A stretch of 64,000 bases of DNA, from NCBI GenBank assembly GCA_001600815.1, contig BCKZ01000033.1, forward strand, positions 1-64,000, written 5' to 3'. Positions 25,444 to 37,631 of this stretch are shown in pieces. Under the pieces are notes generated by a model. It saw only the letters and a program-made list of their open reading frames with translations, had not been told where the DNA came from and made no database searches. The first letter of the stretch is position 1. Each line of letters begins with the position of its first letter. The stretch comes from Alloascoidea hylecoeti (Eukaryota). The translations under genes and the position numbers were made by a program.

Positions 25444-25459
25444 TCGTTCAGCTAAACGA
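25444..25459. promoter_or_regulatory. Inverted pair of Upc2-type sterol/anaerobic response (AR1, TCGTTYAG) elements in the ERG5 promoter
   Basis: TCGTTCAG immediately followed by CTAAACGA (reverse complement of TCGTTTAG), ~350 bp upstream of the ERG5 ATG. CCAATCA boxes at ~25269 and ~25358. Confidence 0.65.
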
Positions 25460-26596
25460 GTCACCTAAATCCCAAACGTTAAACCTTAGCATGGCGTCTA
25501 CGGTGGAGATAACCATTTTTTGCGACTGGCTTGTATAATTATTGGCGGACCTGCCTGGAAACACCACCAAATTGGTATCAAGCTCAAGCACCACCTGATT
25601 TTCCTGGTATCGAAGTATCTCCGTCCCTTTTCTCATACACCATTTATATGATTTCGGGGTTCGCAATATGCACAACCTTGTTACAATTCCACATCCTTTT
25701 ATTGGCCTGCAGCGAGAATATAAACTTGTGATTTCGTTATCATCCGATCATCGTTCGCAATCTATTCTGATCCATTACCGCATCATAACATGATCTGTAC
25801 ACAATGCTCCTTTAAATACGTTGGAATCACCAATAGTAAATCTTCAGCTGCAAACAGATCTAAAAGAAAAGAAAAAAGATGCATACAAAAAACCGACAGC
25901 TAAGGTTTGTTGCAAGAATGCAACACTAATGGACATACGGTATAACAAGCATGATATGAAAATTTGATCTTTATAATTGAAAATTTTGGCATTAAAACTC
26001 TATAAAATTATTTTACTAGCATTGATGTTCTTTTGAAAAGTGTCGTGGGGCGTTTCTTCAAAAAAATTAATAGATTTATATCCGAAAAATACCTTTTCGG
26101 ATCAACAACCTGGTCACGTGCCATCAACCCAAAAATCAATTTCACAGTTATATATATACTAACGGCCTATTTCAAAAAAACATTGCTACTATAGATTGAC
26201 TGGGTTTATAACAATGAACTGAGTTTTTACTTAAATCATATGCAAAATATATTAGATTTCAAAGCCAAAGCCAACTTAAGGTAAGTATATAAAGTAGAAA
26301 AAAAAAAGAATCATTTGCATCATTTTAAATCGTTTGGGTCATCATCATCATTTAGATGGTTTTAGCATTATATAATATTATATACGCGTGTAATAAGTAT
26401 AAAAAAACATAAATATATCATAGAACATTAATATATCGTAGAATATTAATATATCAAATCGTGAGTGTTATATAAATATAAATAAATAAAGTTTTTTAGG
26501 TTAGTGGGTGGAAAAAAAATAAGATTTTAGTTGATAAAATAAATAAATAAATGATTTGTGAAGCAAATATTATCTTTTTTGATTTATTTAGTTTAG

Positions 26597-28777
26597 TTAA
26601 TTTTGAGAAATATTAAGTTCATTTAATTTAGAAGTTAATGAAGCAGATAAATGATCATTTTCATTCTCATGAGATGCATTAAGATTTGGAGATGTTGGTA
26701 TAATAAAATGATTTTTATTTGATGATATCCTATTTGGTGAATTAATAGATGTGGATGATGTATTTGTTGATTGATATGAATTTGTATTTGTATTTGAATG
26801 TTTAAATGCAGCTGTAAGTAATGAAGTTCCTGAACTTGTACTAGATGAATTTGTAGTATTATTTCCAAATCCAAGTCCATTTCCATTTCCATTTGAATTT
26901 CCATTTGCATTCAATAATGCACTTTTCATTAATCTTTTATTTAAAACATTTGGTAAAGTTAAATTTTGTTGTGATGATGCAGAAGATGGAAATTTAATAT
27001 AAGACATATCATTTGAAAATTCATGAGTAATATCATGATCAATTGGTTGAATTGGTTTTGAAAATCCATTTGTTGGAAAATCATGTGGAACATGATAAAA
27101 CCAACCAGTTTCTTCATCCCATTTATAAACTGCCCATTCAACACCATAAGGTTTTGGTTCTAAAACAAAAACTGAATGTAATGGAACAATTAATTCACTG
27201 ATCATTGATCTATCCAAATTCATAAAATATGCTAATAAAACTCTTGTTACAACTTGATGACCAATTAATAAAATATTATCTTCCATTCTTTCTAATTCAA
27301 CAATAATTGGTTTTAAACGATTTATAACATCAAGATATGATTCTCCACCAATACCAGGATATCTATATCTTAATTTATCCAGCTGTCTTGCTTTATATTC
27401 TTCAGGATAACGTTCTTTAATTTCATTATATGTTAATCCTTCACATATACCAGCGCTTAATTCATTTAACATTCTCATTTCTTTTATAAAATATTTTTCA
27501 TCATCAAAATATTTTGCAGTTTCAATTGTACGATTTAACATACTTGTCCAAACACAAAAATTCCCTTCTTTTGGTTCTGATAATGGAGTTGATGGATGAG
27601 AACCATTTCTTGATAAAATTCTTTCATTTTTAAATGAAAAATTATTTAATTGTTTTTTTCTAAATTCTAATTGTTTATAATTCATAAATATTGCCAAATC
27701 TTTTGAATATTTTTGACCTTTTAAACTTAAATGAGCATCACCACCAATTCTACCTTCTTCATTATCTTCACTTTCACCATGCCTTGTAATCCAAAGTTGT
27801 CTTTCAGTTAAATTAAAATTAAATAAAAATGAAACTGCTTGGCCAGATAAAAAACCATGAATATTATAAGAAACAACTTTTCTACCAACATTAATCATTT
27901 TAACATATTGAAATGATTCATCTTCATAATTATCTGCTTCATCATCATCAATTGTTTCATAAACTTTTTCATAATTTTTCATTCTATCAATAAAATCTTT
28001 AATTGCTAAATTTTTATTCATTTTTTTATAATCAGGTCCTGACAATTTTAATCTTATATTTTCTTCTAAAATTGATGATTTATTACAAATTGATTCTAAA
28101 AATAAAACTTTTAATTGACCATTTGATCTATTTCTAATTCTTTCCATTGCTCTTTTTCTTCTTTTTTTTGTTGTATTTGTTGCATCAAATATTCCAACTG
28201 ATCCTGGACCATCAAGAACATAATCTAATAATTCATCCAATGTTTCCATAGCCCATGTCTCACGTAAAGAAGCGGCTTCTGAATTATCAGCATTAAAGAA
28301 ACTTGCATCATGTTCTTGTTCATGTTCATGACTATTTACATTATCAGTAATAGTAAGAACATCATCGACATCATCATGTTCATGATAATGATCATGAGGT
28401 TGAATAGATATAAAATCGTCGGACAAAGGTTCATGAGCAGGACCTAAATTACTCTTTGATTTTCTTCTTGTATTACCAACATTAAATATTCTTGTATCAT
28501 GTTGTAACCAATTAAGATATCTTGTTAATTTTTTAGTAATATACGATTTACCACGAGCAGGGAGGCCAACCATAACAATAACAAGTTTAGAACCGATATC
28601 GGAAGAAGAAATGGTACCATTTGGACTTGTTTTACTTCGCGTTAGTCCGGGGACATCTAATGTTGTTGGTCCATGACGGGATATTGATGAATGTTTTTGG
28701 GCAAAAGATGAAGACAAGGAATTTGAAGATGATGGCGTGGAATCTGTTGAACTGGCATATACTATTGGACAACTCAT
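26597..28777 (-). CDS. PFK26: 6-phosphofructo-2-kinase (Pfk26-type, with phosphatase domain)
   Basis: TTLDVPGLTRSK, KLVIVMVGLPARGKSYITKKL P-loop, IFDATNTT, RHGES, GGESYLDVINRL. First plausible ATG at 28777. Confidence 0.93.
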   Translation of the reverse strand: MSCPIVYASSTDSTPSSSNSLSSSFAQKHSSISRHGPTTLDVPGLTRSKTSPNGTISSSDIGSKLVIVMVGLPARGKSYITKKLTRYLNWLQHDTRIFNVGNTRRKSKSNLGPAHEPLSDDFISIQPHDHYHEHDDVDDVLTITDNVNSHEHEQEHDASFFNADNSEAASLRETWAMETLDELLDYVLDGPGSVGIFDATNTTKKRRKRAMERIRNRSNGQLKVLFLESICNKSSILEENIRLKLSGPDYKKMNKNLAIKDFIDRMKNYEKVYETIDDDEADNYEDESFQYVKMINVGRKVVSYNIHGFLSGQAVSFLFNFNLTERQLWITRHGESEDNEEGRIGGDAHLSLKGQKYSKDLAIFMNYKQLEFRKKQLNNFSFKNERILSRNGSHPSTPLSEPKEGNFCVWTSMLNRTIETAKYFDDEKYFIKEMRMLNELSAGICEGLTYNEIKERYPEEYKARQLDKLRYRYPGIGGESYLDVINRLKPIIVELERMEDNILLIGHQVVTRVLLAYFMNLDRSMISELIVPLHSVFVLEPKPYGVEWAVYKWDEETGWFYHVPHDFPTNGFSKPIQPIDHDITHEFSNDMSYIKFPSSASSQQNLTLPNVLNKRLMKSALLNANGNSNGNGNGLGFGNNTTNSSSTSSGTSLLTAAFKHSNTNTNSYQSTNTSSTSINSPNRISSNKNHFIIPTSPNLNASHENENDHLSASLTSKLNELNISQN

Positions 28778-30627
28778 GGGAAGTAAAGAGAAAGATATGA
28801 TATAAAGAAAAAACAAAGAAAAAACAAAGGAAAAGAGAAAAAGAGGAAATGCGAAAATGGAAGTAATAGAAAACAAAAAAATATTATAAATTTTGGTGTT
28901 TATTATTTTGTTCAAATTTTCAAAGTTTCAAAACTTTTGGACTTTGGATGACGCATACACTTTTCTTTCTTAGTCATCACTCATAATAGAAGCTTTTTAA
29001 ATGTGAACATCCATAGAATATTTAAATATCTTAAATGGCTTATCCGGTACTTTTATAAGTTATCAACCATCACTTAAGTTTTAACTGGTAATCCGTCAAC
29101 TGGATATGTTTATGGTTTGTAAGAACAGCTCCATATGACTGACTAGCGATCTTCAATATTTACGTTTTCAGAAGGGTATTCAGGATTAGATCTAGAGATT
29201 AGGTATATTCTGTTACTGGTTTCTGATCATTTTCATTTTTAATTGCCGAAATGTCCATTTTAAAATGAGAAAACGTTGCAAGTTCTTAAGATTACCATAC
29301 ATATAAAGCATCTTATGATCAATTAAGTTCAACGGAAGTCTATTTACATACAGGTGCAAGATTTAAGGAGGATTCTACCCGTGTTGGACTCAATGTTAAA
29401 TACAAGATGAAATAGTTATGCGATTTGCCTTAAGATGGTCAGCTACAGATTTTAATACTAGGTCAGCATTTTAATGGTAATGGGGACTCCGCAGATAAGA
29501 TCACTCAACTCTTGAAGTTGATCATTATCATGAGTTGCCGCGCTACATCTAATTAAACAATGTATTTGGATCAAGAAGAAGACTGACGTGAAGAAAGAGT
29601 GCTATAATTAATATTTAGGTAGCCATTTAAAGATATTAGCTTTCAGTTATTAAATTACGTAAACCAATAATGAACTAGTCGGTAATCCATAGTATTGTCA
29701 AACATCAACATATGGTCATGAGCTGGGCTCATCTAGGACAGTACGGCGAGTAACCAAATTAAACCAATATTTGAAGCTGCAAAGAGATTGGATGAAATAT
29801 GGTGGGGGAAATTAAAACAATAATCGCGGTTTAAAATATCCCAAATCTAGAGTTTCATGTGGCTTCAAATAATCCTATAGCGTTCCATAGTTTTAATATT
29901 TATTATAATTGCATCAGGCTGGTTTTAGTGACTGGCAACTGACCGTCAATCATCTGTTTTTGATTTGTTGATTATAGGAATCTCAATGGACATTGGGAAT
30001 TTTAAATATACAATTATTCTACTTAATTTCGGACATTTGAAGGACTAATTTTTCTTCGAATCAAACGTAATTCTGCCAATTGATTTTAAAGGATTGGCCA
30101 ACCGTTTTAATCATTAATTTTAATAGTAATTAACAATTGCAAGAGTGGAAACTCAAAACTTCATGCACCAAGCAATTTGGGACAAAAAATGTCCAGTGTT
30201 GTATGAGATAATAGACATTTTGTTCATTATATAGTGATCATCATCGTAACTCCCAAATTTCTAAAATATGACTACAGAAAAAACTAATCCGGAACATTTG
30301 AGTGGAAACATTCGGATGCATCAGTTTAATAACATCCTTAAACTAGTATGTAAAAAAGGAACAATCATGACATCGTCATTATTTTGGTTGTTCCTTTGGT
30401 TATTATTTCGCGAGTACATTTAACATTTCTTGGATGCATTTTATATTGGCTCTGAAATACATGCCATAGTTCTTGAGCTCATTACCTCATTGTTGGGATA
30501 CATTGTATCTCTTTATCACTTTTAAGACTTTTCTATTAATAGCTTTTGGATTTATCTATATAAACATAAGATAAATCCCACTTTAAAGGGGGGGAGGTTA
30601 GTTTTAATACATTTTTTCTGTTTAGAT

Positions 30628-30790
30628 CTTGATCGTCGTCTGTATCTGATTCCGCCAGTTACATCTACTGTAAGCTATTAAGTTATTAGTAGCTTACTTT
30701 CACAGTATATGTGAAGTAACTCACGGTCTTATAGCCCTTACCCGCTAATAAGGATCAAGGCGATACAGACCGTGAGTTCCTTTACACAGT
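30628..30790. other. Multi-hairpin (inverted-repeat) element, candidate structured ncRNA
   Basis: Perfect 12 bp stem 30718-30729/30767-30778; stems 30670-30677/30690-30697 and 30661-30670/30703-30712 (1 mismatch). Confidence 0.5.
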
Positions 30791-30799
30791 AAGTATTAA

Positions 30800-30880
30800 G
30801 GCACTATGGCCGAGCGGTTAAGGCGAAAGATTAGAAATCTTTTGGGATTTCCCGCGCAGGTTCGAGTCCTGCTGGTGTCG
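30800..30880 (+). tRNA. tRNA-Ser (anticodon AGA)
   Basis: GGCACTA acceptor, TGGCCGAGCGG A-box, anticodon arm AAAGA-TTAGAAA-TCTTT, long variable arm GGGATTTCCC, GGTTCGAGTCC B-box, followed by T-runs (Pol III terminator). Confidence 0.97.
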
Positions 30881-32145
30881 ATAATTTTTAGTTTTTGGAT
30901 CTTTTTGACCATATTTTTCAATCTCGGCCCTCCGTAATGGTTGATCTCTTTTGTATCAAGCTATTCAAGTTCCATATGCTGACAGTGGTTTAAAGTTGAT
31001 TCCCAAGCTGTTTTAGAAAAAGCTGGTCCAAACAATATGAACACTTATTATAGCAAGTTAGTTTATTTATAATATAACTCGGGAGAATATAAGAAAACTC
31101 CAATAACAGGTGCTTTAATAGTCAATATGAAATTATGTCTGTTACACAAAATTTAATTTAAATTAATAGCGTTAACGGTGATAGCTACTCATATTTACAT
31201 ATGGTACAAAATTAAGTAAAGAAGAATCTGATGGTGGCTTAAAGCCTTGATTCCAGTGTTTCTCTAGTAAACGTTAACAATATACAAATTATTCACCAGA
31301 CGAACATCTGCAGATGGTAAATACGATGTCATAGTACCAGCAATATTAATAGCTAAAGCAGTCGCGAATAATTTATTACCAACTTTTGTTGAAGAAAGAC
31401 GACATTAAATTTGTGATAGATAACGTTAACCATGGTATGGTGAGATCTAGCAAGAGAACTAGTTTAATTGCGAACGTTTAATTAAAATCATGATGATTAC
31501 TGAGTAACAAGTATCGATAGTGATATAAGCAATCTAATAAAATATTAATAGAGCATACCGGTATATACATATAAAAAATTATGTCTATTTGATGAATGGC
31601 AAAGTTTCATATGCATCCTCTTAATTATCTAAGGTCTAGGGAATATTAGCGCACTGATAATGAGTATTATAAAACTGAGTCCTATTGCGTTGTGAAAGTA
31701 GTGCAAAAACACGAGATCTTCACCTATAATTGGCCAAGGATTTCTTGAGCTCTCCTAACAATTTATCAAAAATTAAGGCCTTAAAAGTTTCCTATAGCAT
31801 TCAGAAAAAAAGATATATTTCTGTACGTATGTAACTATCGATAAAACCAATGAAACTTAGTGGTAAATAGTTGTCCCAAATATAGAGCTATAGCTAATTA
31901 ATTAATGTATTATAGATATGAGGGAAGAAAGACTTTAAAGAACACCAGCGTTAAAACGATTTACCATATCCATATGCAAAGGCGCATATATTAAAATTAA
32001 AGTAATGTTTTTCTTATTTTCAATGATGTTCCATATACCCACAATTGATTATTCTACTGTCATAGGATTCATAACAAAATTCAAATTTAGATTTAGTAAA
32101 TCTGATACTATAGGCTATATCTAATAATAATAGCATTTCTTGAGT

Positions 32146-32153
32146 GCACGTGG
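32146..32153. promoter_or_regulatory. Pho4-type E-box GCACGTGG upstream of MIR1
   Basis: GCACGTGG ~620 bp upstream of a phosphate carrier gene; function inferred. Confidence 0.4.
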
Positions 32154-32769
32154 CACAGATATATATTACGTATATAAATAATATAGTGCACTGAATGGAC
32201 CCTTTTAGAATTGTTTATAATTAACGTCAACTATGCATATAACACTTTTTCAACATCGATATCCGTTATATAAATATAAGTTGCTAATATACAATAGTCA
32301 TTGAACGCTTCGATCTTCAACCTTCAATTCTCAACGACTAATAATTTTATAACTAATAGTAAGGATTATAGAGAGTTATCTTATTCAAAAATCCAGAATC
32401 CAATTATAATTATAGGGTAAGATAAAGCTAGTCCAACGTTAATACCCCATAACTAGCTGCAGCGATCATATGCATATAGTATTATATTGCTGAATAAATA
32501 AATTCAAACGATAAATTCCGAATTAATTTTTATCTTAAAAGAATTTCATTGAAAGAAAAAAACATACTTAAGGTAACAGGCTGAAAGGGATAAGATCATA
32601 TCCAATCATCAACCTTACATATATCGCAATATATATCATATCACTATATAATATTTAGCTATATAAAGATGGTTAATCCTCAACCTCTATTTTTAAGATC
32701 TTAATATATATTTCATCTTAAATCATCAGTATAGTTAAAGACTTTACTAGTATTAATATAAAGTTTAAA

Positions 32770-33717
32770 ATGGCCAGTACTACATCTGTTGAACACAAGC
32801 CTCTTCCAGTATTTACTGTCACCGACTATGCTAAGTTTGCACTTGCTGGGGCAGTTGGGTGTGGTGTTACCCATGGTGCAATGACTCCAATCGATGTTAT
32901 CAAAACAAGAATCCAATTGGATCCAGTCGTTTATAATAAGGGTATGCTGGGATCTGCTAGGCAAATTATCAAAAATGAAGGTGCGACTACTCTCACAACT
33001 GGTCTTGGTCCAACAGTTTTAGGTTATTCTATGCAGGGCGCTTTTAAATTCGGTGGCTACGAATTGTTTAAGAAGGTATTTATTGATAACCTAGGAATTG
33101 AAACGGCAACTCGATATAAAGATGCGGTTTATATTGGTTCTTCGGCAATTGCTGAATTCTTTGCTGATATCGCTCTTTGTCCATTAGAGGCGACCCGTAT
33201 TCGTCTTGTTTCTCAACCAAGTTTTGCAAATGGTTTAGTTGGTGGATTTTCAAGAATTATAAAAGAAGAAGGTGTTGGATCTTTTTATAATGGATTCACT
33301 CCAATTTTATTCAAACAAATACCTTATAACATTGCAAAATTCTTAACTTATGAACGTGCATCTGCATTCATTTATAGTTTTATACCAACACCAAAAGAAA
33401 AATTATCTGATGGTTCAGTTGTTGGTATTAACTTATTATCAGGTGTTATTGCTGGTTGTATGGCAGCAATTGTATCACAACCTGCTGATACATTATTATC
33501 AAAAGTTAATAAAACGAAAAAAGCCCCAGGACAGTCAACAGTTGGTTTATTAATTCAATTAAGTAAACAACTTGGTGTTGTTGGTTCATTTGCTGGTTTA
33601 CCAACTCGTTTGGTAATGATTGGTACTTTAACTTCATTACAATTTACAATTTATGGAAGTTTAAAGAAAACATTAGGTTGTCCACCAACTATTGAAATTG
33701 GTGGTGGAGGCCATTAA
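32770..33717 (+). CDS. MIR1: Mitochondrial phosphate carrier
   Basis: [53 protein letters not shown] and C-terminal IEIGGGGH characteristic of Mir1. Confidence 0.96.
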   Translation: MASTTSVEHKPLPVFTVTDYAKFALAGAVGCGVTHGAMTPIDVIKTRIQLDPVVYNKGMLGSARQIIKNEGATTLTTGLGPTVLGYSMQGAFKFGGYELFKKVFIDNLGIETATRYKDAVYIGSSAIAEFFADIALCPLEATRIRLVSQPSFANGLVGGFSRIIKEEGVGSFYNGFTPILFKQIPYNIAKFLTYERASAFIYSFIPTPKEKLSDGSVVGINLLSGVIAGCMAAIVSQPADTLLSKVNKTKKAPGQSTVGLLIQLSKQLGVVGSFAGLPTRLVMIGTLTSLQFTIYGSLKKTLGCPPTIEIGGGGH

Positions 33718-34164
33718 ACTGTTTAACAAGTATATATATTTATAAAAGAACCTGTTATATAATATCAAACTACAATGTAGCTTAATATATAAAAGGAAAT
33801 TTAAAAGCATTTATTTCTATAAAAGTATACAATATTAATATTACCCATGAAATGGACAATCACATAAAAAATAGTTAACCGAAACTACAACATTTATCGG
33901 CTATCTAGTGCGATGCTATTTAGAGTTTGTCAAGGAATTTACCATACCAGATTCACATACTTGTAGATTTTGCTGATGAAAACAAGAAAATTGGTGATAC
34001 TGCAACTCTCTAGAGCTTTTAATTACCACTTGATAAGCCCTTACATGAAGAAGACACTCCCTGATTCCCCACTAGTACTTGTTGATCTATTAAAATACAT
34101 TGATTTATAAATTGTTTATTTTTGCTTTCCAATTCTTAAAATTTTTTGAAAAGTGGATATATAT

Positions 34165-34758
34165 TACCAGATATATTATTATATAGACTAATCAATAAGA
34201 GCTTCTGATAGTGTAATTATAAATTGCTAGGAGTATGCTTATTTGAACGGATATTCAAATTTCCAACATTTTCAACAAACACTCTTGAAATTATATTTCC
34301 CTCTTTTCTATCTTTGCTTGGAAGAGGAACATCCCCAAAACTAGCGAATAGTTCTCGGAATTTTCTGTGTTTTTCAATATAAGATTCATTGAATTGTAAA
34401 TATGGTACATATTCCTTCCTTCCTGAATTTTTTAAACTCGTAGCTATCCAGAAAGTACCGTCATCATATGTTACACAAACATCGTATTGCATGAATTCTG
34501 ACAGTTCTATCAAATCCGAGACATTGGGGGAACATCATCATATCTATATTTGTAGGTTACATCTGGTCCTCGATCGACGATATTATCTTAACCATATTCA
34601 GCAGGATCTCTTTCGTCAATTGGTGTACCAACCCACTCGGAAATTTCGTTCACAATATTCAATTGCGGTTGTGGGTAATCGGTCATCGTGAATGTTATAT
34701 TATTGTTAAGTAGCGGTATATGGAGAAAATAATTTTGTGTGAATTTGTGGATTATCTT
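34165..34758. repeat. Direct repeat copy A (~595 bp, nearly identical to 39668-40259)
   Basis: Base-by-base match apart from one substitution near the start and a 2 bp indel (acagttCTatc vs acagttatc). Weaker homology extends to ~34065 and ~34912. Confidence 0.95.
34217..34686 (-). pseudogene. Disrupted ORF of unknown family (~156 aa when repaired), copy A
   Basis: ATG 34686 MTDYPQPQLNIVNEISEWVGTPIDERDPAEYG, TAA at 34588-34590, frameshift near the C5 run (34526-34530), then ..DLIELSEFMQYDVCVTYDDGTFW..PSNL. Confidence 0.55.
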
Positions 34759-35155
34759 CTTTCTTACATAGATTTTATCATTATTTATTTTTAGATCTAT
34801 GTGATAGCTTTATGTTTACCAACTTAGGTAGCTTCTTTTTTATTGTTTCAATTTACTTATACAAGAGATAATTACAGTTATCTTCTTGTTATGCCGAAGA
34901 TAAATAGGTATGCAATGTACATGCATTGAACTGCACTATGCAACTATGGCAAAAATTGTCAAAAAGTGATTAAATTTGCGTAAGAATTTTTATAGTAACT
35001 GGTGCAATTAAATTCAATTCTAGTATTAATAATGTATTTTATTATGAATAAAATCAAATATTGATGATAAGATGGGTCAGCCTCTTTGTCTCCTCATGAT
35101 CATGCTTATCATTCATAAGTCATACCATCAATGATGAAACTAAAGCGTCAGTATT

Positions 35156-36727
35156 CTATTTATCCTTCCCCGAAACTGTTTTCTTTGAAGCTGTTTTGCT
35201 TGATTCGATATCTAAGCTTTCAATTAACCTCCCTAAAATTGGCCCCTTTTCACTTGCATCTTTTGTTAAATTTATTTCTAAATCTTGATAGGTATTACAA
35301 CATTCATCTAACATGGCACTAATTGGACCATAACCTAAAGGGATTGACCCATCATCAGCCATGATGTACGGCGTTTTGCTTCTTTTATCAGAAAAAAGTT
35401 GCATCATTATAGATCGACACATAGTTATATCTTCTGTAGTTATAAACGACTCGGAGCGTTTCAGATTAGTTAAAATTCTCCTAAAGGCTGCAACTTTATT
35501 ATACAAAGGAAACCAAACCTCTGAAATCGGTTCATTTAACTCTAATATTTTGCTAGTTAAAGAATAACATCGTCCAATCAGATATGAAAGGGTAGACTGA
35601 CCTTTTAGAGGTTCTCCTGTGTCATTACAAAAAACGCCATAACTTCTTAAGGAATCAATATTTTGTAAGCTCTTCTGTAACGAAACCAAATCCACTAACT
35701 TTTCTTGAACTTTCCAACGATGGTTTGAAATTAATATACCCATGGAATATTTCATATTCAGCAATTCTATATGTATTGGTTTTAGTGTATCATCCATTAG
35801 TTCTTCATAGTTAAAATGATTTGCACAAAAATCGGCCAAATCAATTTCACACTCATCAAAAAGGGAAAAAATAAGTTCTTCATCATCTTCTGATTTGAGT
35901 TTGTTCTTTTTAAATATTTTTATTATTTCTTTCTTTAAATTTTCTAAATCCGTTTTCAATGATTTGATTTCTTCTTCTATTAGTATTTCTTTTTCAGGAG
36001 TTTCTGATGAAGTTTTATCCATTTTCTTTGAAAAAAGGTATACTGAAACCGAGGAAAGAGTAATTATCTTTGTTTTAAAATTTAACAAATATTCCAGAAG
36101 ATGATATAAAGTATTATCAATGCTTGACATAGGTGTTGCAAAATTAGCAGAAGTTTCGATTAAAGTTAACCTTTCGTCACATAATTTAAATTTGGTCTCA
36201 ATTAGATAATACAACTCCCTTCCTTCATTTTCTAGATATTCATATTCACTGCCATCTTCAATTTTCTTGGTATCATAATTATTAAGTATGGTTTCTATTT
36301 CAGCAAGTTTGGATTTCATTGGTATAATCGCTTCTATATTATAAGCCGTTGTATTAAGTAGTCTTTCAATTGTTATCAGCGCAGAGTGCTGAGCGAATAT
36401 ATTATCTTTCATCCCAATAGATATAAACGCTATAGAAATTAAATTGAGAACATCATCAATCAATAAATCCAAATCCTGACTATGTATTAATCTTTTTCGA
36501 TTTATTTTAGCTTTAGAATTATTTTTCTTTTTTTTCTTTTTTGTCTTCTTCTTGTTGTTTTTTGGTTGTTGTTCCATAAACATATAAAGCTTTCTAATAA
36601 CTGATTCTGTTTCATTGCATTGTTGATAAATATCTTTTACCTTAATGTATTCTAAAAATAATAACTCCTTGGTATCATTTCTAATCTTGGAAAGGGCTTC
36701 ACATATTATTGCTTCTTGATCGGACAT
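35156..36727 (-). CDS. Divergent DUF2408/UPF0662 (YPL260W/Cub1-like) protein
   Basis: GQSTLSYLIGRCYSLTSKILELNEPISE..PLYNKV..FRRIL and DGSIPLGYGPISAMLDEC resemble the DUF2408 conserved blocks. Confidence 0.75.
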   Translation of the reverse strand: MSDQEAIICEALSKIRNDTKELLFLEYIKVKDIYQQCNETESVIRKLYMFMEQQPKNNKKKTKKKKKKNNSKAKINRKRLIHSQDLDLLIDDVLNLISIAFISIGMKDNIFAQHSALITIERLLNTTAYNIEAIIPMKSKLAEIETILNNYDTKKIEDGSEYEYLENEGRELYYLIETKFKLCDERLTLIETSANFATPMSSIDNTLYHLLEYLLNFKTKIITLSSVSVYLFSKKMDKTSSETPEKEILIEEEIKSLKTDLENLKKEIIKIFKKNKLKSEDDEELIFSLFDECEIDLADFCANHFNYEELMDDTLKPIHIELLNMKYSMGILISNHRWKVQEKLVDLVSLQKSLQNIDSLRSYGVFCNDTGEPLKGQSTLSYLIGRCYSLTSKILELNEPISEVWFPLYNKVAAFRRILTNLKRSESFITTEDITMCRSIMMQLFSDKRSKTPYIMADDGSIPLGYGPISAMLDECCNTYQDLEINLTKDASEKGPILGRLIESLDIESSKTASKKTVSGKDK

Positions 36728-37631
36728 TGTGAAGATTATGATGTTTTGAATTTTTGCTTTTGTGAAATCAAATATGTAAGAAGTTAAGTTGAAATTAATA
36801 ATTTACTCTTATTATAAAACGCCAAATTGTTTTTCGAAAATTAAATTTAACGCTCATCAACGTATTTTGACTAATTAATAGAATCTCAAGTAAATAAAAA
36901 TTATTTTGGTAATATTTGGTATAGTCTACAGAAATCTAACGTTTGAGTAAATATCGAATAAAGTGCTAAACAACAAGTTCATCATCGAGGCGCTTATAAT
37001 ATGAATATGATCAAACTCTCAAATTCTTCAAATGATAACAGGTTACCGTTTTCATAGAAGTTGATGTTTAGTATTTATATATCTCCATGAAAATTCAGCT
37101 GAGATTTTTAACTGAAATTTTCGTATGAGAGGATCTCAAAAACAAGCAAATAATCTCGAAATAAAAATAGAAACTCTACATGTAGCAAGAATATGTCTGA
37201 AAGATAAAAAACACAATAATCAATAACTTAATCAAAAATGAAGAAAATCTTTAAAAGTCTCAATCACGACTCTTATATATCCTTGGTACAGTGATAAATT
37301 GTTATAAATTAAGGATTTCTCTTGTATAGACCAAAACTTGATAAATACAAATCTCGAGCAAAAGTATATATAAATATATTCCGTAAGTTTTGTATGTGTT
37401 CTGCCGGGATATTTCAAATGGCCCCTAATGGGCTTCGACTGTGTATCGATATTTCTGAAACTTACCTTTCAAGTTGAGATAGATTGTGAACATGGAAACT
37501 ATAATAATATAAAATCCGCCAAGGGTTTGAATTTTTCGAGAAATGCCGGGCTCTGCATTTATACTTTTTATGAAACTATTCTTCTGTCTTGTTTAATTTT
37601 CGATTGGTATCTAAGCTCCCAGTTATCTTCT

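Noticed and set aside
25193..25731. Cluster of short ORFs upstream of ERG5
   Set aside because: GC-rich promoter sequence; no coding signatures.
34545..34592. Intron removing the stop in the repeat-borne ORF
   Set aside because: Donor GTTAAG is poor and splicing to the nearest TAG does not restore the downstream frame.
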